Assembly: GCA_030704615.1 (NCBI GenBank)
Contig: CM060733.1
Coordinates: 6,324,001-6,388,000, forward strand
DNA length: 64,000 nucleotides
From: Takakia lepidozioides
Lineage: Eukaryota; Plantae; Bryophyta
Direction: 5' to 3'
The translations under genes and the position numbers were made by a program. Shown in pieces: positions 12,389 to 23,390 of the stretch; position 1 is the stretch's first letter; each line of letters begins with the position of its first letter. The notes beneath the pieces were generated by a model. That model had not been told where the DNA came from, did not search any database, and was given only the letters and a program-made list of their open reading frames with translations.

Positions 12389-13475
12389 AAGAGCAGATCA
12401 GCCCCTTACCTTCTCTTCTAGTTCTCTAAGGCTTGAAAACAAAAGCCCAATGGATTGAAGGCATGCTCCACACATGCCCCACTCTCACCACAAGAGAATC
12501 AGCCCCTTTGCTTTCTTTCTTGCACCCACCAACCTGAAAATACACGCTTCAGCGGGCTGGAAGCATGCTCCACACATGCCCTATAAGGAAACCAGCCCCT
12601 CCTTCCTTTCTTGCACTCCCAAACCCGAAAGTACAAGCCTTCAACAGGCTGAAAGCATGCTCCACACATGCATTGCTCTCACATAAGGGAAATCAGCCCT
12701 TCCCTCTTCCTTGCTTGCCCTCCAAGCTTGAAGATGGAAGCTTCAATGAGCTGAATACATGCTCCACACATGCAACCTCTTCACACAAGAGGTATCAGCC
12801 CCCTATCTTGGCTCCTTGGCTCCTTGATGCTCTCTAAGACAAAACTAAGCACTCCACAGCCTTTGCCAAGCTCCTGAAATCCTAAGGCTTACATTTCCAG
12901 CCACAAGACACTCATTTTGTGGTACAAGAGCTCTTCTTCCAAGCTCTGAAACCCTAGGTGCACATTCCATGGCCTTGCTGCACCTCTTAGCTCATGTTCC
13001 AGCCCTGCTCTTGCCATGACAAGAGCCCTCTCAATGATGAAGCTCGAGATTGAAACCCACTCTCAACATACTCCACAAAGTGCACTGATTTGCCCCAAGC
13101 CAAATCAGCCCTTTCGCTTGGTCTTGCAATCCTTCACACAATGAAAGCTCGCATTCCAAGTCCAATCCTCAGCTTTGCCACCAAAGCCACTATAACCTGC
13201 TCTTGACTGGTCCTCTTCCCAATCGTGCTTGCTCATGCATGTACACAATCTGAAACCATCAAGGTGCTCTGGAATTACCTGCAGTATGGTGCTTTCATCT
13301 CTGAAGCTGAAGATCAAATGCCAAGGTTTACCACCTCATAACCCACATCGCCTCCGCTTCTAACAACCAAGAGCTCCACGGTGCTCCTTGCATAACAACC
13401 TGGTTTTTCTCATTCTCAAGCAAAAACCACAAGTGCTACAACTAACTCGTATCTGGCACTCATAGATACGAGCTG

Positions 13476-13487
13476 ATCTTTCTCGAG
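13476..13487 (-). promoter_or_regulatory. Putative self-priming primer-binding site, copy 1
   Basis: Minus-strand CTCGAGAAAGAT immediately after the LTR end ...TTATCA is a perfect reverse complement of 13643-13654 inside the LTR; no TGG tRNA-type PBS is present. Confidence 0.75.
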
Positions 13488-13804
13488 TGATAAAGAAGAA
13501 GAATACAAGCACGAGCTCACAAATCTGAAGCATAAACTCATGCATATATAACCTCATCACTCAAATACAAGTCAAGCCAAGTGCACCCCACGCCATGGGG
13601 AATCCACACTACGGCGCCATAGCTAGGCGCGGTGAGGCTCAACTCGAGAAAGATGAGCCTCCCGCGCTTGTCGTGAAGATAACCACTCCAGGGCCTAAAT
13701 CTGCCTTGACCCCTGGATTGACACTTGGGCCAATCCCAAATGTCAATATGTAAAAGCTAGTTATTTCCTAGCTAGTTTCACACTAGTGGTAAAATAACTT
13801 GACA
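13488..13804. repeat. 5' terminal repeat B'
   Basis: Near-identical to 4439-4755; on the minus strand it is followed directly by the self-complementary PBS. Confidence 0.95.
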
Positions 13805-15312
13805 GGCAAATCAACCTTGCGTCAACGCAAGGTTGATGAAGGGCCAGGCTATGTAGGTCTTCCTGTATTTTTGGGCTGTTGTTTGCTGTCATTTCCAGTT
13901 CCGTTGCTGCCAGGATGAACATAAATTCTGTTTAAAGTCCGTTTGAAATGCTGTTTATAGCTTACATTGTACCAACAAACAGCCTTGCATTGACACAACG
14001 TTGTTTGACGGTATGGATTGCTAGAAATGTCCCGCAGAAATAGCCCGATTTCCATACAATTGTAGGAAAGTTAAAGTTATCAAATACCATGGACAGGTGT
14101 TTTCAGTAGAGGAATTCAACCTTGCGTCAACGCAAGGTTGAATATCCATACAAACAGATCTTCGGATGGTTGTTTTCTAGCACTGTTTTCCATTTCCTCT
14201 GTTTATGAAAACAACCTTGCATTGACGCAATGTTGAATTTCGTTTGTCAATTACTGTCTCTTTCAATGCAACATTATCATATGTGGATCCGCCAATCTAC
14301 TTTGCGTCAACGCAAGGTTCATTGGGGATTCCATGTTGTGCATGCGGTGGATTAGGATAATGGGCTTTCCCTCTCGTAAGTGCTCGTTGAAAGTACAGTT
14401 CTCCACATTTGGTGTTTTCCTTTTCACCTCGAATCAACATTGCGTCAACGCAAGGTTGATTCGAGCTGACAAATGTTAGTTCCGACGAGTTTAGGGTTTA
14501 CGATTCCAATACCCTTCTCGTGATGTGTGATCTGTGTGCTGTTCAGATCGAATGACTGTCTGGGTTTTGGGGTGTGTTATTCAGGTACATGTATCATGTC
14601 CTCATACCGGGAAAGTACCTTAGCGATGATCCTGACTTCATCTACTCATGGGCTGACCCCTCCAACGACAAGACAATGTACACGGCTGGTATTGCCAGAG
14701 ACTGGAGCAGGGCGTACTTCAGAGACTGTGGGTGGTACCTCGATCTGCCAAAACAGGACACACCATTCGATGAAGTGGTTTTGAGAAACCTTAACGACAA
14801 CGCCGCGGCACTTGCCCCGCTTGCTGACAAAGACATTCAGGACATAATCATTCAAGCTTTGGCTGCAAAAGAGCCTGAGAAAACTGCTACTCCAAAACGG
14901 AAGGGGAAGATTGTCGGGGATCCGAAGGGGAAGAGTGCAGCTCCGCAGGAACAGGGCCCGGCAGAGGTCGCTGAAAGACAGCCTTCTCCAACTAGGAGGG
15001 ATAGGAGAACAGCAAAGTCGAGGGAGCAGCCTTTCGAGGCGAGAGAACATCCATCCCGGGTTTTGGGCCAGTTCCATCATAAGGTAGTGAATGAGAGTTT
15101 TCTGGCAATGATGGAATCCAGGAAGTCCACATTCAAAGGGGTAGCTTCGAAATCATGGGACATGCTTGTTTCGTTCTTTACTCAGGTAAGCATATGTCTT
15201 AACTGTGGTATGAATGATTTTGTTTTGGCAACTCGTTCTAGCTTGTCAACGGGATTGATTTCGTGTTGGATTTGGATTAGGCTTGTGACACTGTCTCTTG
15301 TTTTTGTTACAG

Positions 15313-16210
15313 GTCACAAAAAGGCCAGATTGGGTGAATGGAGTTCAGCAGGCATACGCGACTGACCTTGTGGTGCTGGACATTCCTGATGGTTTGCCTG
15401 TCCTTGATGTGTTGCCTTCCAATGCAATCCCCACTTAGAACAAATTGGATTCTCGTTACTGGCAGTGGGCTTTCTCATTCAGCAACAAATTCCTTTCTGA
15501 CTCGGGGGCTCTTCTTCTCAAGCAATCAAAGGACATGTCAGCACGGAGAACTCTTTTCAGCTACATGAAAGCTTTCGGGTTTCGTGTCATCAAAACTTGG
15601 ACATGCATCAACACTCTGCCTCTTACGAAGGGCGAGTTCCCGGGGTAGAAAGTGAGTTGGTTCCTTTGAATTAAAGTTTTGTGGTTCTTCAGAAAGTGTC
15701 AAAAGTACGTTATGTCTTTTTGCTCATGCTCTCTTCGTGATTTTTGGCAGATTCGGGTGTTCGAAGCTTTGTGCCTGGTGAGGGTGCGCAAGGACACTCT
15801 TCCTCCTGGTATTGCTGAGTTCCAGTTGAGGGACCTTGCAGCTCACATTGACCCCACCTGCAAGCCTGTGGAGGATGATGTAATCTTCAATTACGTGGAC
15901 TCGGGTCGAACTACGAAAAGGTCGACTGGTGTCCCTTGGAGAGGTGCCCGGGAGAAATCCCCAACTTTCATGCAGACTTTGGTGGAGACATGCAGCCGTC
16001 ACAATGGACGAGTGGTTGACTTGTCTATTGGCACAGGTGGGGCCCTAAACTCTATATTTGAAATATGGGCAGTGGGCTTAGGGAAGCCCTGTTTTAATTT
16101 CTTGTTCGTCTTCGATTTGCAGGAGCATCTTTTCATGTGTGCAAAAGCGCCGGAAGGCACTTCTTCGGCATGGAGGCTGATACGGAGCTCTTCTCAAGCG
16201 AGCTTCATCA
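15313..16210 (+). other. Beta-class amino-methyltransferase (N6_N4_Mtase-like) domain spread over three exons
   Basis: The motif IV position (DIPD, 15379-15390) comes before motif X/I (EKSP..M..LV...S..G.VVDLSIGTG) and GRHFFGMEAD, which is the permuted order of beta-class MTases. Confidence 0.75.
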
Positions 16211-17899
16211 GCTTGAGTCAGACACTACTTCTGCCCCATCCACGGAGGGACTTCTGGAGGAGCTCGAAGCGCCTGACGAGGATCTCGACGTGGACTCCGA
16301 TTTTGAGTGTGAGTAAGTTCGGCTCTTGTCGTGCAAAAAATGTTGCATTTCCTTGTGTCATTCCCGTTCGGCAGATGGTTGCTTACATTGTCTATTTCTG
16401 GATGATAACATATACCACCATTCCTCTTCTTGCTTTCCAGAGTTTGGCACCAGTCATCGAGTCAGCAGACACCTTTCGGTTTCCAAGGATACTACATGAC
16501 CCCGAGTCCCCCTAGAGCTTACCGCTTGCCGGTTTACGCGGAAGCATGCGCACGGGTGTTGTCCCAACAAACAATGTATTCGCCTATCCATGGGGGTCAT
16601 GGAACAAAAACACGTCCCGGATGGGCTGCTGTGTTCATAGATGATATTGCTGCAGACTCTGGAAGTGGTTCCTCTGAAACCTCCAGTAGTTCTTGAGGTT
16701 CATGTAACGAGGCTTAATAAATTGTGTTTTGGTGTTGCTTCCATCCCCAAACTGTTTTTCAAGTTCTTCCCGTAAGTACAGTTAAGGATTGCCTGAGGTA
16801 GGTCTTGAGATTCCGGCATTGGAAAAAGTTTGTGGGTTGGAATGAATCTCTAGCGGGCGATCTCCTCATTCCAAAATCAAGTCCTCAATCCTAAACCATC
16901 CACAAACCTTCCATTGTTCTCGGCCGGAAAGAATATTAATGTGGGGGCGATGAAGAGGGTTCAAAAAATAAGGACATAGGCGACAATCGATCCGCGGAAA
17001 TAGGGGGGGGGGGGGGGGGGGGGGGGGGGCACGGAATTAGGGCCTGCACACGTTGATGCTTGCTGACGTGGTGTGAGCCTAGCCAGGCTCACAGGCTCAT
17101 AGGCTCACGCGGCCAGGCTCACGTGCAAGCATTCCCCGATCTTCCATAGGGCAGCTCCCTTAACATGCAGTCTTTTGACTGTTTTCTCCACTCTCTTGGC
17201 TACCCTATAAGTGGATCTCATAGTCACCTCTATACCTCTGTGTGTTCTCTCAACAGTGTCCATGGCCTGAATAATATTCCCAATTTTTTCTTTTGCCCAC
17301 CAAATCAGCACCATGGTATACATCAGAGCTTTCTTCATCCCATCCAATACCCAAACACTCAACTGTCCCTTTTCTCTCACTCTGTCAGTGGGATGGATTG
17401 GATGATCCATACTCTCTTTTTTGCTCTCTGCAGTAGTCATCTTATCTAGGTCTGTCACTGGATTTACCTCCTTTTGATTGACTTTGACTTGGTTTATCCC
17501 TGGAAACAGTTGAAATCTGACTCTCTGCTTGGATGCTTTGTTACTGGGATCCACCCTTTCTAGGGTTCTCTCTGGTTTTTCATGACCCCTTACGTTCCAG
17601 CAGGACTGACACTTGGCTGGCCCTATGCAGTCCATCTATAGACCCTTGTTTTGCAAGAATCCAAATGTGTAGTCTTTTACTTTTTCCACTTTGTGACCAT
17701 TTTAGGGGATCTATGTTAGTGTCAACCCAGAACTTTCTACTTAACAGTTCTCTCCTGAAATTCCACAATGCCCAGACAAAGACTCCAAAGTATGACGCCT
17801 CCCGAAGGAAGCGTAACTTATGGTGTCTCTTCACCACAAGGGCTACTGCCTCCCAGATGAAAGGTGGACACCTTCATGACACACCAGACCGTGGTTTGA

Positions 17900-20326
17900 A
17901 CCCACAACCACATCCAATGTGGTATGTGCCCATTACCACTGGGCTATATGTTGGTTGTCGACAAAGACTCCATAATGTACCTCTTCAATGGTCTTCCCTT
18001 CAGTTTTTGTCAAGGTCTTGTCAATGCTTGACACTACTTCTGTGCCCTCTTCTCCTGCCTTGGTAATTGTTGCAGACACTTGTTCACCATCTAGATCCAC
18101 TATCAGTACTTACCCATATATCCTCCCTGACAATGGCTGGATCTACATTATGAACTTGTATCTTTCCCTTTGTCATGTTGATCTCATATTCTTCCTCTCC
18201 ACTTGATTCTCCCACTGGGTATCGGCTCAAAGCATCTACATTAGCATGTTTTATCCCTGGCCTATGAAGAATTTTGAAATCATAATCATGTAGCATTATT
18301 ATCCATCTGTCCCTACGTCCATAGGCATCACTAACTGTGGCCAACCATTCCAGTGGTTTGTGGTCGGCATGTGGTCGGTTCTTACCGTGAATGGTGTTCC
18401 ATAGAGATAATGTCAGAAGTGTAGGATACCCCACACTAGTGCATAGCACTCGCCCTCCATGGGATGATATGCTATGACATGTTCTTTACAATGTTCCTTT
18501 TGTGAAAGTATAGCCCCTACACCCTTAGTGCTCCAATCCACATCTAGTATCAACGGTTTTGTGAAGTCGGGCCTTACCAGGATAGGTCAATTTGAGGATT
18601 AATGCCTCAAAGGCATTCTGTGCTTCAGCATTCCAAGCAAATGTTGGCTCCTTCTTTGTCAATGCAAATAATGGCACACATGTGCTTGCATAGCCTCTGA
18701 TGTAATCCCTGTTGTAGTTCGTAACACCAATGAAGCTCTTTACTGCTGTTGGATTTGTGGGTACTGGAAAATACTGTATGGCCGCCATCTTGCTTGGATC
18801 AGGCCTTACACCTTCCTTGGAAACCACGTGGCCTAGGAACACCAACTCTTGCCTGCCCATCTCACATTTGTTTGGATTGAGCTTTAACTTGTGCTTTTTC
18901 AACTTCTTCAGCACAATGTCAAGATGTTGTAGATGCTCCTCCCAAGTTGCACTGTGTACGTTGATGTCGTCTACAAAAACCTTTGCAAAGCTTTTGAGTC
19001 ATCATGTAGTATGATATTCATGGCCCTTTGAAAGGTTGTTGTTGCATTCTTCAAGCCAAAGGGCATTACCAACCATTCGAATAGTCCTCTTTTTGTGATG
19101 ATGGCTATTTTCTTGATGTCATCATCTCGCATTTTGATTTGCCAAAACCCTAATTGCAGGTCTAATGCAGAAAACCACTGTGATTTTCCGAGCTGTTGTA
19201 ACACATCTTGTATCAAGGGCATAGGGTAGGCATCTTTCAAAATATGGAGATTGAGCTGCCTGTAGTCACCACAAAACCTCTTACTACCTTCCTTCTTTGG
19301 TGGTAAAGCAACTGGACATGCATATTCAGACCTGCTTATGCGCATCTTTCCTTCTTGAATAAGTGTCTCAATTTGTTGTTGCACCGATTCTCTTCAGCTT
19401 CTGACAGTCTATTTGCTGGTGCTCTTGTGGCAGGAAACCCTTGGGTGTTGATTTCGTGTTCAACATCCTTGTAACTAGGGTCATCAAGTAGATCTGGATG
19501 TCCATTGTCTAGGAGGTCTTCCTCCCATATGTCCACGCACTTGAGGTAATCCTCCATTGCCTCTTGGTCCGAGTTGTAGCCTTGATCATCCTCTTCCACA
19601 TCAGAGCCCTCAGTTGAATGTGAACTCTCACTGTCGTTCATGTCGGATGTACAATTAGATAGCCCATCTCATCCATTGGTGTGAATAAGCTTTGGCTGGC
19701 GTGTACACCTGTTGTCTGTTCTACTGCCATAACCTCTATTTTGATCTGAGTGTCCTCAGTCAGTGGTTCTACAGCTAAGTTCTTGCAGAACTCGTGAAAG
19801 TTGCCAATTGTTGGCTTTAGGTGGTTCATGGTGTGAAGTAGGAAGTAAGCCACATTCAGACCAAGCCCATATCTTACTCTCAACGTTTCTGTTTCCGTAT
19901 CAACTGTTGCCCCGAATTTCTTCAAGAAGTCTAGCCCGAGCAACATACTGTAAGTGTCAGTATCCACCACCATAAAAATGATCATGTTAGTCAGTTTTCC
20001 AACATTGACCTTCAAATTGTCGAGCACACCCATTGCTATTTCTACAACACCTGAGGCCACCCTATATGACATGTCTCGATCCGTTAACACACAGCCCATC
20101 AGTCCCAAATCATTTACTGTTGTTGCTGCTATCACGGAGATCATTGCCCCTGTGTCTATCTGGCCCATTACTTGGAAGTTCCAATGGTTACCAGAGCATG
20201 CAAAGCCTTTACTTTGCCTATGAATGCATAAAAGATGGCTTCCATATCCTTGTTGCTAGTTTCAGGTGTCAGTTTTACCTCTTGTTGAGCTCGGTAGGCT
20301 GGAAAAGTGCCCATTTTGCTCTTCTC
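17900..20326 (-). mobile_element. Degenerate Ty3/Gypsy pol remnant from a different family, with no DNMT
   Basis: Protease GQIDTGA...LLGLDF; RT RFCGDY, FSALDL, MPFGLKNA; RNaseH end DHKPL...HANVDALSR. Confidence 0.85.
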
Positions 20327-20954
20327 TGTCAAGGACGAGAACATGACTGAACACAAACAAGAGATCAGACTAGAGGTACAAGATTGGACAAGTCAAGGTC
20401 GGCGTGGCCGAATGTATGATGAGTAAATATGAATCAAGACGATCTTTATAACAATGAACAAGAGTACAAGATATTGGAACATAACTTGAATACTGGAATG
20501 TTGGAAACTGGACTGGAGTACCAGATACTGGAAACTGGGCTGGAGTACTGGGAACTGGAAACAAAAGTAGCTTGAACTGGTGTTGGCGAGACTGAAGAGT
20601 GTCCAGTCTCACCTCCTATATATACTGGCTACTAAGAAGTTCCTTAAGAAGCTTCCCCTATAGAGATTTCTTGATGGAGAAGTTTCCAAGATTAAACAAA
20701 GGTTTCTTGATGGAGAAGCTTCCTTAAACAAAGGAGGTATCTTGATGGAGAAGTTTCCTCCAAAGGAAGCTTCCTGAGCAGTTTCTCAATTTACTCTTGA
20801 TAATTTGGTAAACTCTCGGTAACTTGGTAATTAATGGTAAATCATGGTAGATCATGATAAATCATGGCGAGTTATGATAACTTTCGGTAACATGCGAACT
20901 TGGTAACTTTTGGTATTTACTCCTGGTAAGTGCTTCTGGGCTATGTCAGTGACA
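20327..20954 (-). repeat. 3' LTR of a chromovirus
   Basis: Minus strand TGTCAC...TTGACA, preceded by PPT AGAGGAGGGGG (about 20958-20968); contains a TATATATA box. Confidence 0.7.
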
Positions 20955-22410
20955 TCACCCCCTCCTCTAGCGCCGAGTTCTTCGAGGAGCGGTAAAATCT
21001 TGGACTTGCTTAGAGTTGGAGAAAATCCAAAATCCGGCGAATGGTACTTGCCAAGTATTTGGCTCTTCATTCTTGACTCAAATGATTTATAAGTCCCTGT
21101 AACCATCAATAGTATCCAACACCTTGAACTTGGGACCACGCAATGATTTGAGCATTCTGATTTTCAAAGCTGCCTTTAAACATGATTTCGTTGGCCTCTG
21201 GATCCGAAGCCTCAACCTCCAATAGAATTATCAGACTTTGAGTAGGCTCTACTTGCTATCGTATGGGGTCTAGATGAGGAAGTACGCGTCGCATTGGTGG
21301 CCCGTCGTCTCGAGAGCGTCGGTGTGATGTTGAAGGTCGTGAGAGTCGGAACGACTGAACTGGTAGTTGGGTAAGCGACAACTCCAATGTATCTAGTTTC
21401 TGTGACTCCATGCTGCCAATACAAGATGCAAGAGTGCTGGAAGTGTAGCTATATATACTGATGTGTGGTGCTCCTCCCTCCTTAGCGTGTATCAGATACA
21501 TTGAATGTGAAGTCTAACCTTAAAGCTAACTTGGTTGACATCATCGTTGTGACGTCTTATTGACGTGTAGCTCGGGGCTTAGCTGGATATCGTTGATGAA
21601 ACTCTTGGATTTTGTCAGATGCATTGACGAGGTTGGATGAAGGTTCACACGTTCGTTCGCTTATGTCGTAGCCTTTCCAATGTACGAAATACTCAAGACG
21701 TTTATACTTTATGCGAGAGTCTAGGACTTTGTCGACTTCATACTCAATTTCTTGATTGACTTCGATTGGTGGAGATGGTACGGAGATGGATGATACAACT
21801 CCAATAATGAAACATGAAAGACTGGATGGATGCGCATACTTCGTGGGAGTTTAAGCCGAAAACTGACCGGATTTATTTGTCGAAATTTTTTGAATGGTCC
21901 CAGACGTTGATAATCCAACTTCCTTGATGGACGCGAGGTTTGTATGTCCTATCGAAGAAGCCACACACGATCTCCGACCTTGAACTGGGGTTGGAGTTGG
22001 CGATGTTGATCTGCATACTCCTTGTATTGTTTTTGAGCTTTTGCGAGGTGGAATGTAAGCTCTTTGTGAATCGTAGCAAGATGAGTAGCAAGGTTTTCTG
22101 CAGCAGGGCTTCCAACAGTCTTCATGTGGAAAGGGTTTGCTCGAGGATGATGATCAGAGAAAAATGGAGTTTGCTTGGTCAAAGAATGTATAGTGTTGTT
22201 GTAGGCAAACTCAGCTAATGACAAAAGATCCGTCCAATTATCTTGGTGATAATTTATCGTACAACGAAGATACTGATCCAAAATCTGGTTTACAGGTTTG
22301 GTTTGACCATCAGTCTGTGGATGATTAGCTATAGAGAGGTTGATCTTAGTATCTAATATGTGAAATAATCCCCTCCAGAAATTTGATATGAACTATGGTC
22401 CTCGATCAGA
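20327..22410 (-). mobile_element. 5'-truncated chromovirus: integrase C-terminus, chromodomain, PPT and LTR
   Basis: [39 protein letters not shown], chromodomain [18 protein letters not shown]. Confidence 0.85.
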
Positions 22411-23390
22411 ACTTTTAATCTCCTTCACAGGGCAATTTGCGTTTCTATGTCCTACGGTTTGTTTATGGTTTTACGTTAATAGCCTTCCAAGTCTTTGTTT
22501 ATTTCCTAATTAGTGTTCCTATCGGCCTAAATTCCCGAGGCGCCTATAGTCGGGATCCGCTTATAATCCCTTCACAAGGCGTCTACCGAACTTAGGGAGG
22601 AAGATGAGCCTCTCTGCCCACTGCCCCTCCAATTCCCGGGTGTCTCGAGGTCAAGACCACCCCTGGGAAGGGCCAAATCTCTTTAGAATCTCAATACCAC
22701 TCTAAAGGGCATGCAATTCAACCTTAAACCATTTTAGCTAATTTCTAGCTTATAAAAATGGATTGATGTATGATATTACAAAACTGGAAGATGGGTTCAA
22801 AAGTGGGGCGAGATGTAGCTCCGCATGTTGCAGTGAGGGGAGAGAAGCAACGGTAACTCAAGCTCGTCGAGCGACCAGCAATTTGCGAGACAAAGCCACT
22901 TTCCATCCTGTCTAACCGTCACTGTCTTCGCTGTCTCTTCTACTTGCAATCCTTTACTCAGGCTCATCAAAGAAAGAAGCCCTCTGATGAACGGAGCTCC
23001 AGAATTTTTCAACTACAAATCAATCTTCATCAAGCTTATCTAAACACAAACATGTATCCATCTACCTTCATCCTGGTGCCTTTATCGAGAAAATCTTTCG
23101 CTTCAATGCGCCCCCATTCTCACAGTGCCGATATTTAGGCCTGACTGGAGCTTTCATTCATTAAAGGCGGAGGAGACAGTCAGCCGCCTTTTACTACTCT
23201 CTTCCTTCCACCACCTTTTGTCTGTACCAAGGGTGCCTCTCCCCAAGCCTCTCTCCAGATCGTGTTCTAGACTAAGCCGCATCTTCCTCTATCGATTAAG
23301 CGAACCTCTCTTTATCAGTCGAAGATGGGTCCTAATTTTCTGTTCAAGGGTGCGCGCAACAATCCTAGGAGCTGAATCAATCGCTCAAGC

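Larger units (their letters stand above)
4295..13804 (-). mobile_element. Ty3/Gypsy retrotransposon carrying a C5 DNA methyltransferase and a PHD finger (copy 1, both ends present, degenerate)
   Basis: TGTC...GACA termini; GGCA duplicated at 4291-4294 and 13805-13808; minus-strand order protease-DNMT-RT-RNaseH-integrase-PHD; purine tract next to 4934. Confidence 0.92.
2326..16696 (+). pseudogene. Intron-rich ParB/Srx-like + beta-class N4-cytosine/N6-adenine DNA methyltransferase pseudogene, interrupted by a Gypsy insertion at 4295-13804
   Basis: Manually stitched exons (approximate): 2326-2907, 2987-3175, 3268-3711, 3793-4051, 4108-4190, 4277-4291, 14548-15186, 15313-15651, 15751-16036, 16123-16306, 16441-16696. 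ParB-like motifs V(R>*)PALRNDITRLKNDFVHGY and FVWDGNHR. MTase motifs DLVVLDIPDG, FLSDSGALLL, REKSPTFMQTLVETCS..GRVVDLSIGTG/ASFHVCKSAGRHFFGMEAD. Contains in-frame stops and a frameshift. Confidence 0.75.

Noticed and set aside
11554-12421. Long S/Q/P/T/H-rich ORFs
   Set aside because: Open only because the tandem repeat lacks stop codons; antisense to the element.
4295-13804. DIRS/Ngaro classification suggested by the split repeats and methyltransferase
   Set aside because: No tyrosine recombinase found; the element has a protease, DDE integrase, PPT and TSD, and its MTase is C5-type.
13810-14465. Spaced palindromes resembling a CRISPR array
   Set aside because: Spacing is irregular, repeats are degenerate, the context is a eukaryotic intron and no cas genes are present.
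2326-16696. Bacterial contamination as the source of the ParB and MTase motifs
   Set aside because: The gene has spliceosomal introns and a nested LTR element, and is contiguous with plant genes.
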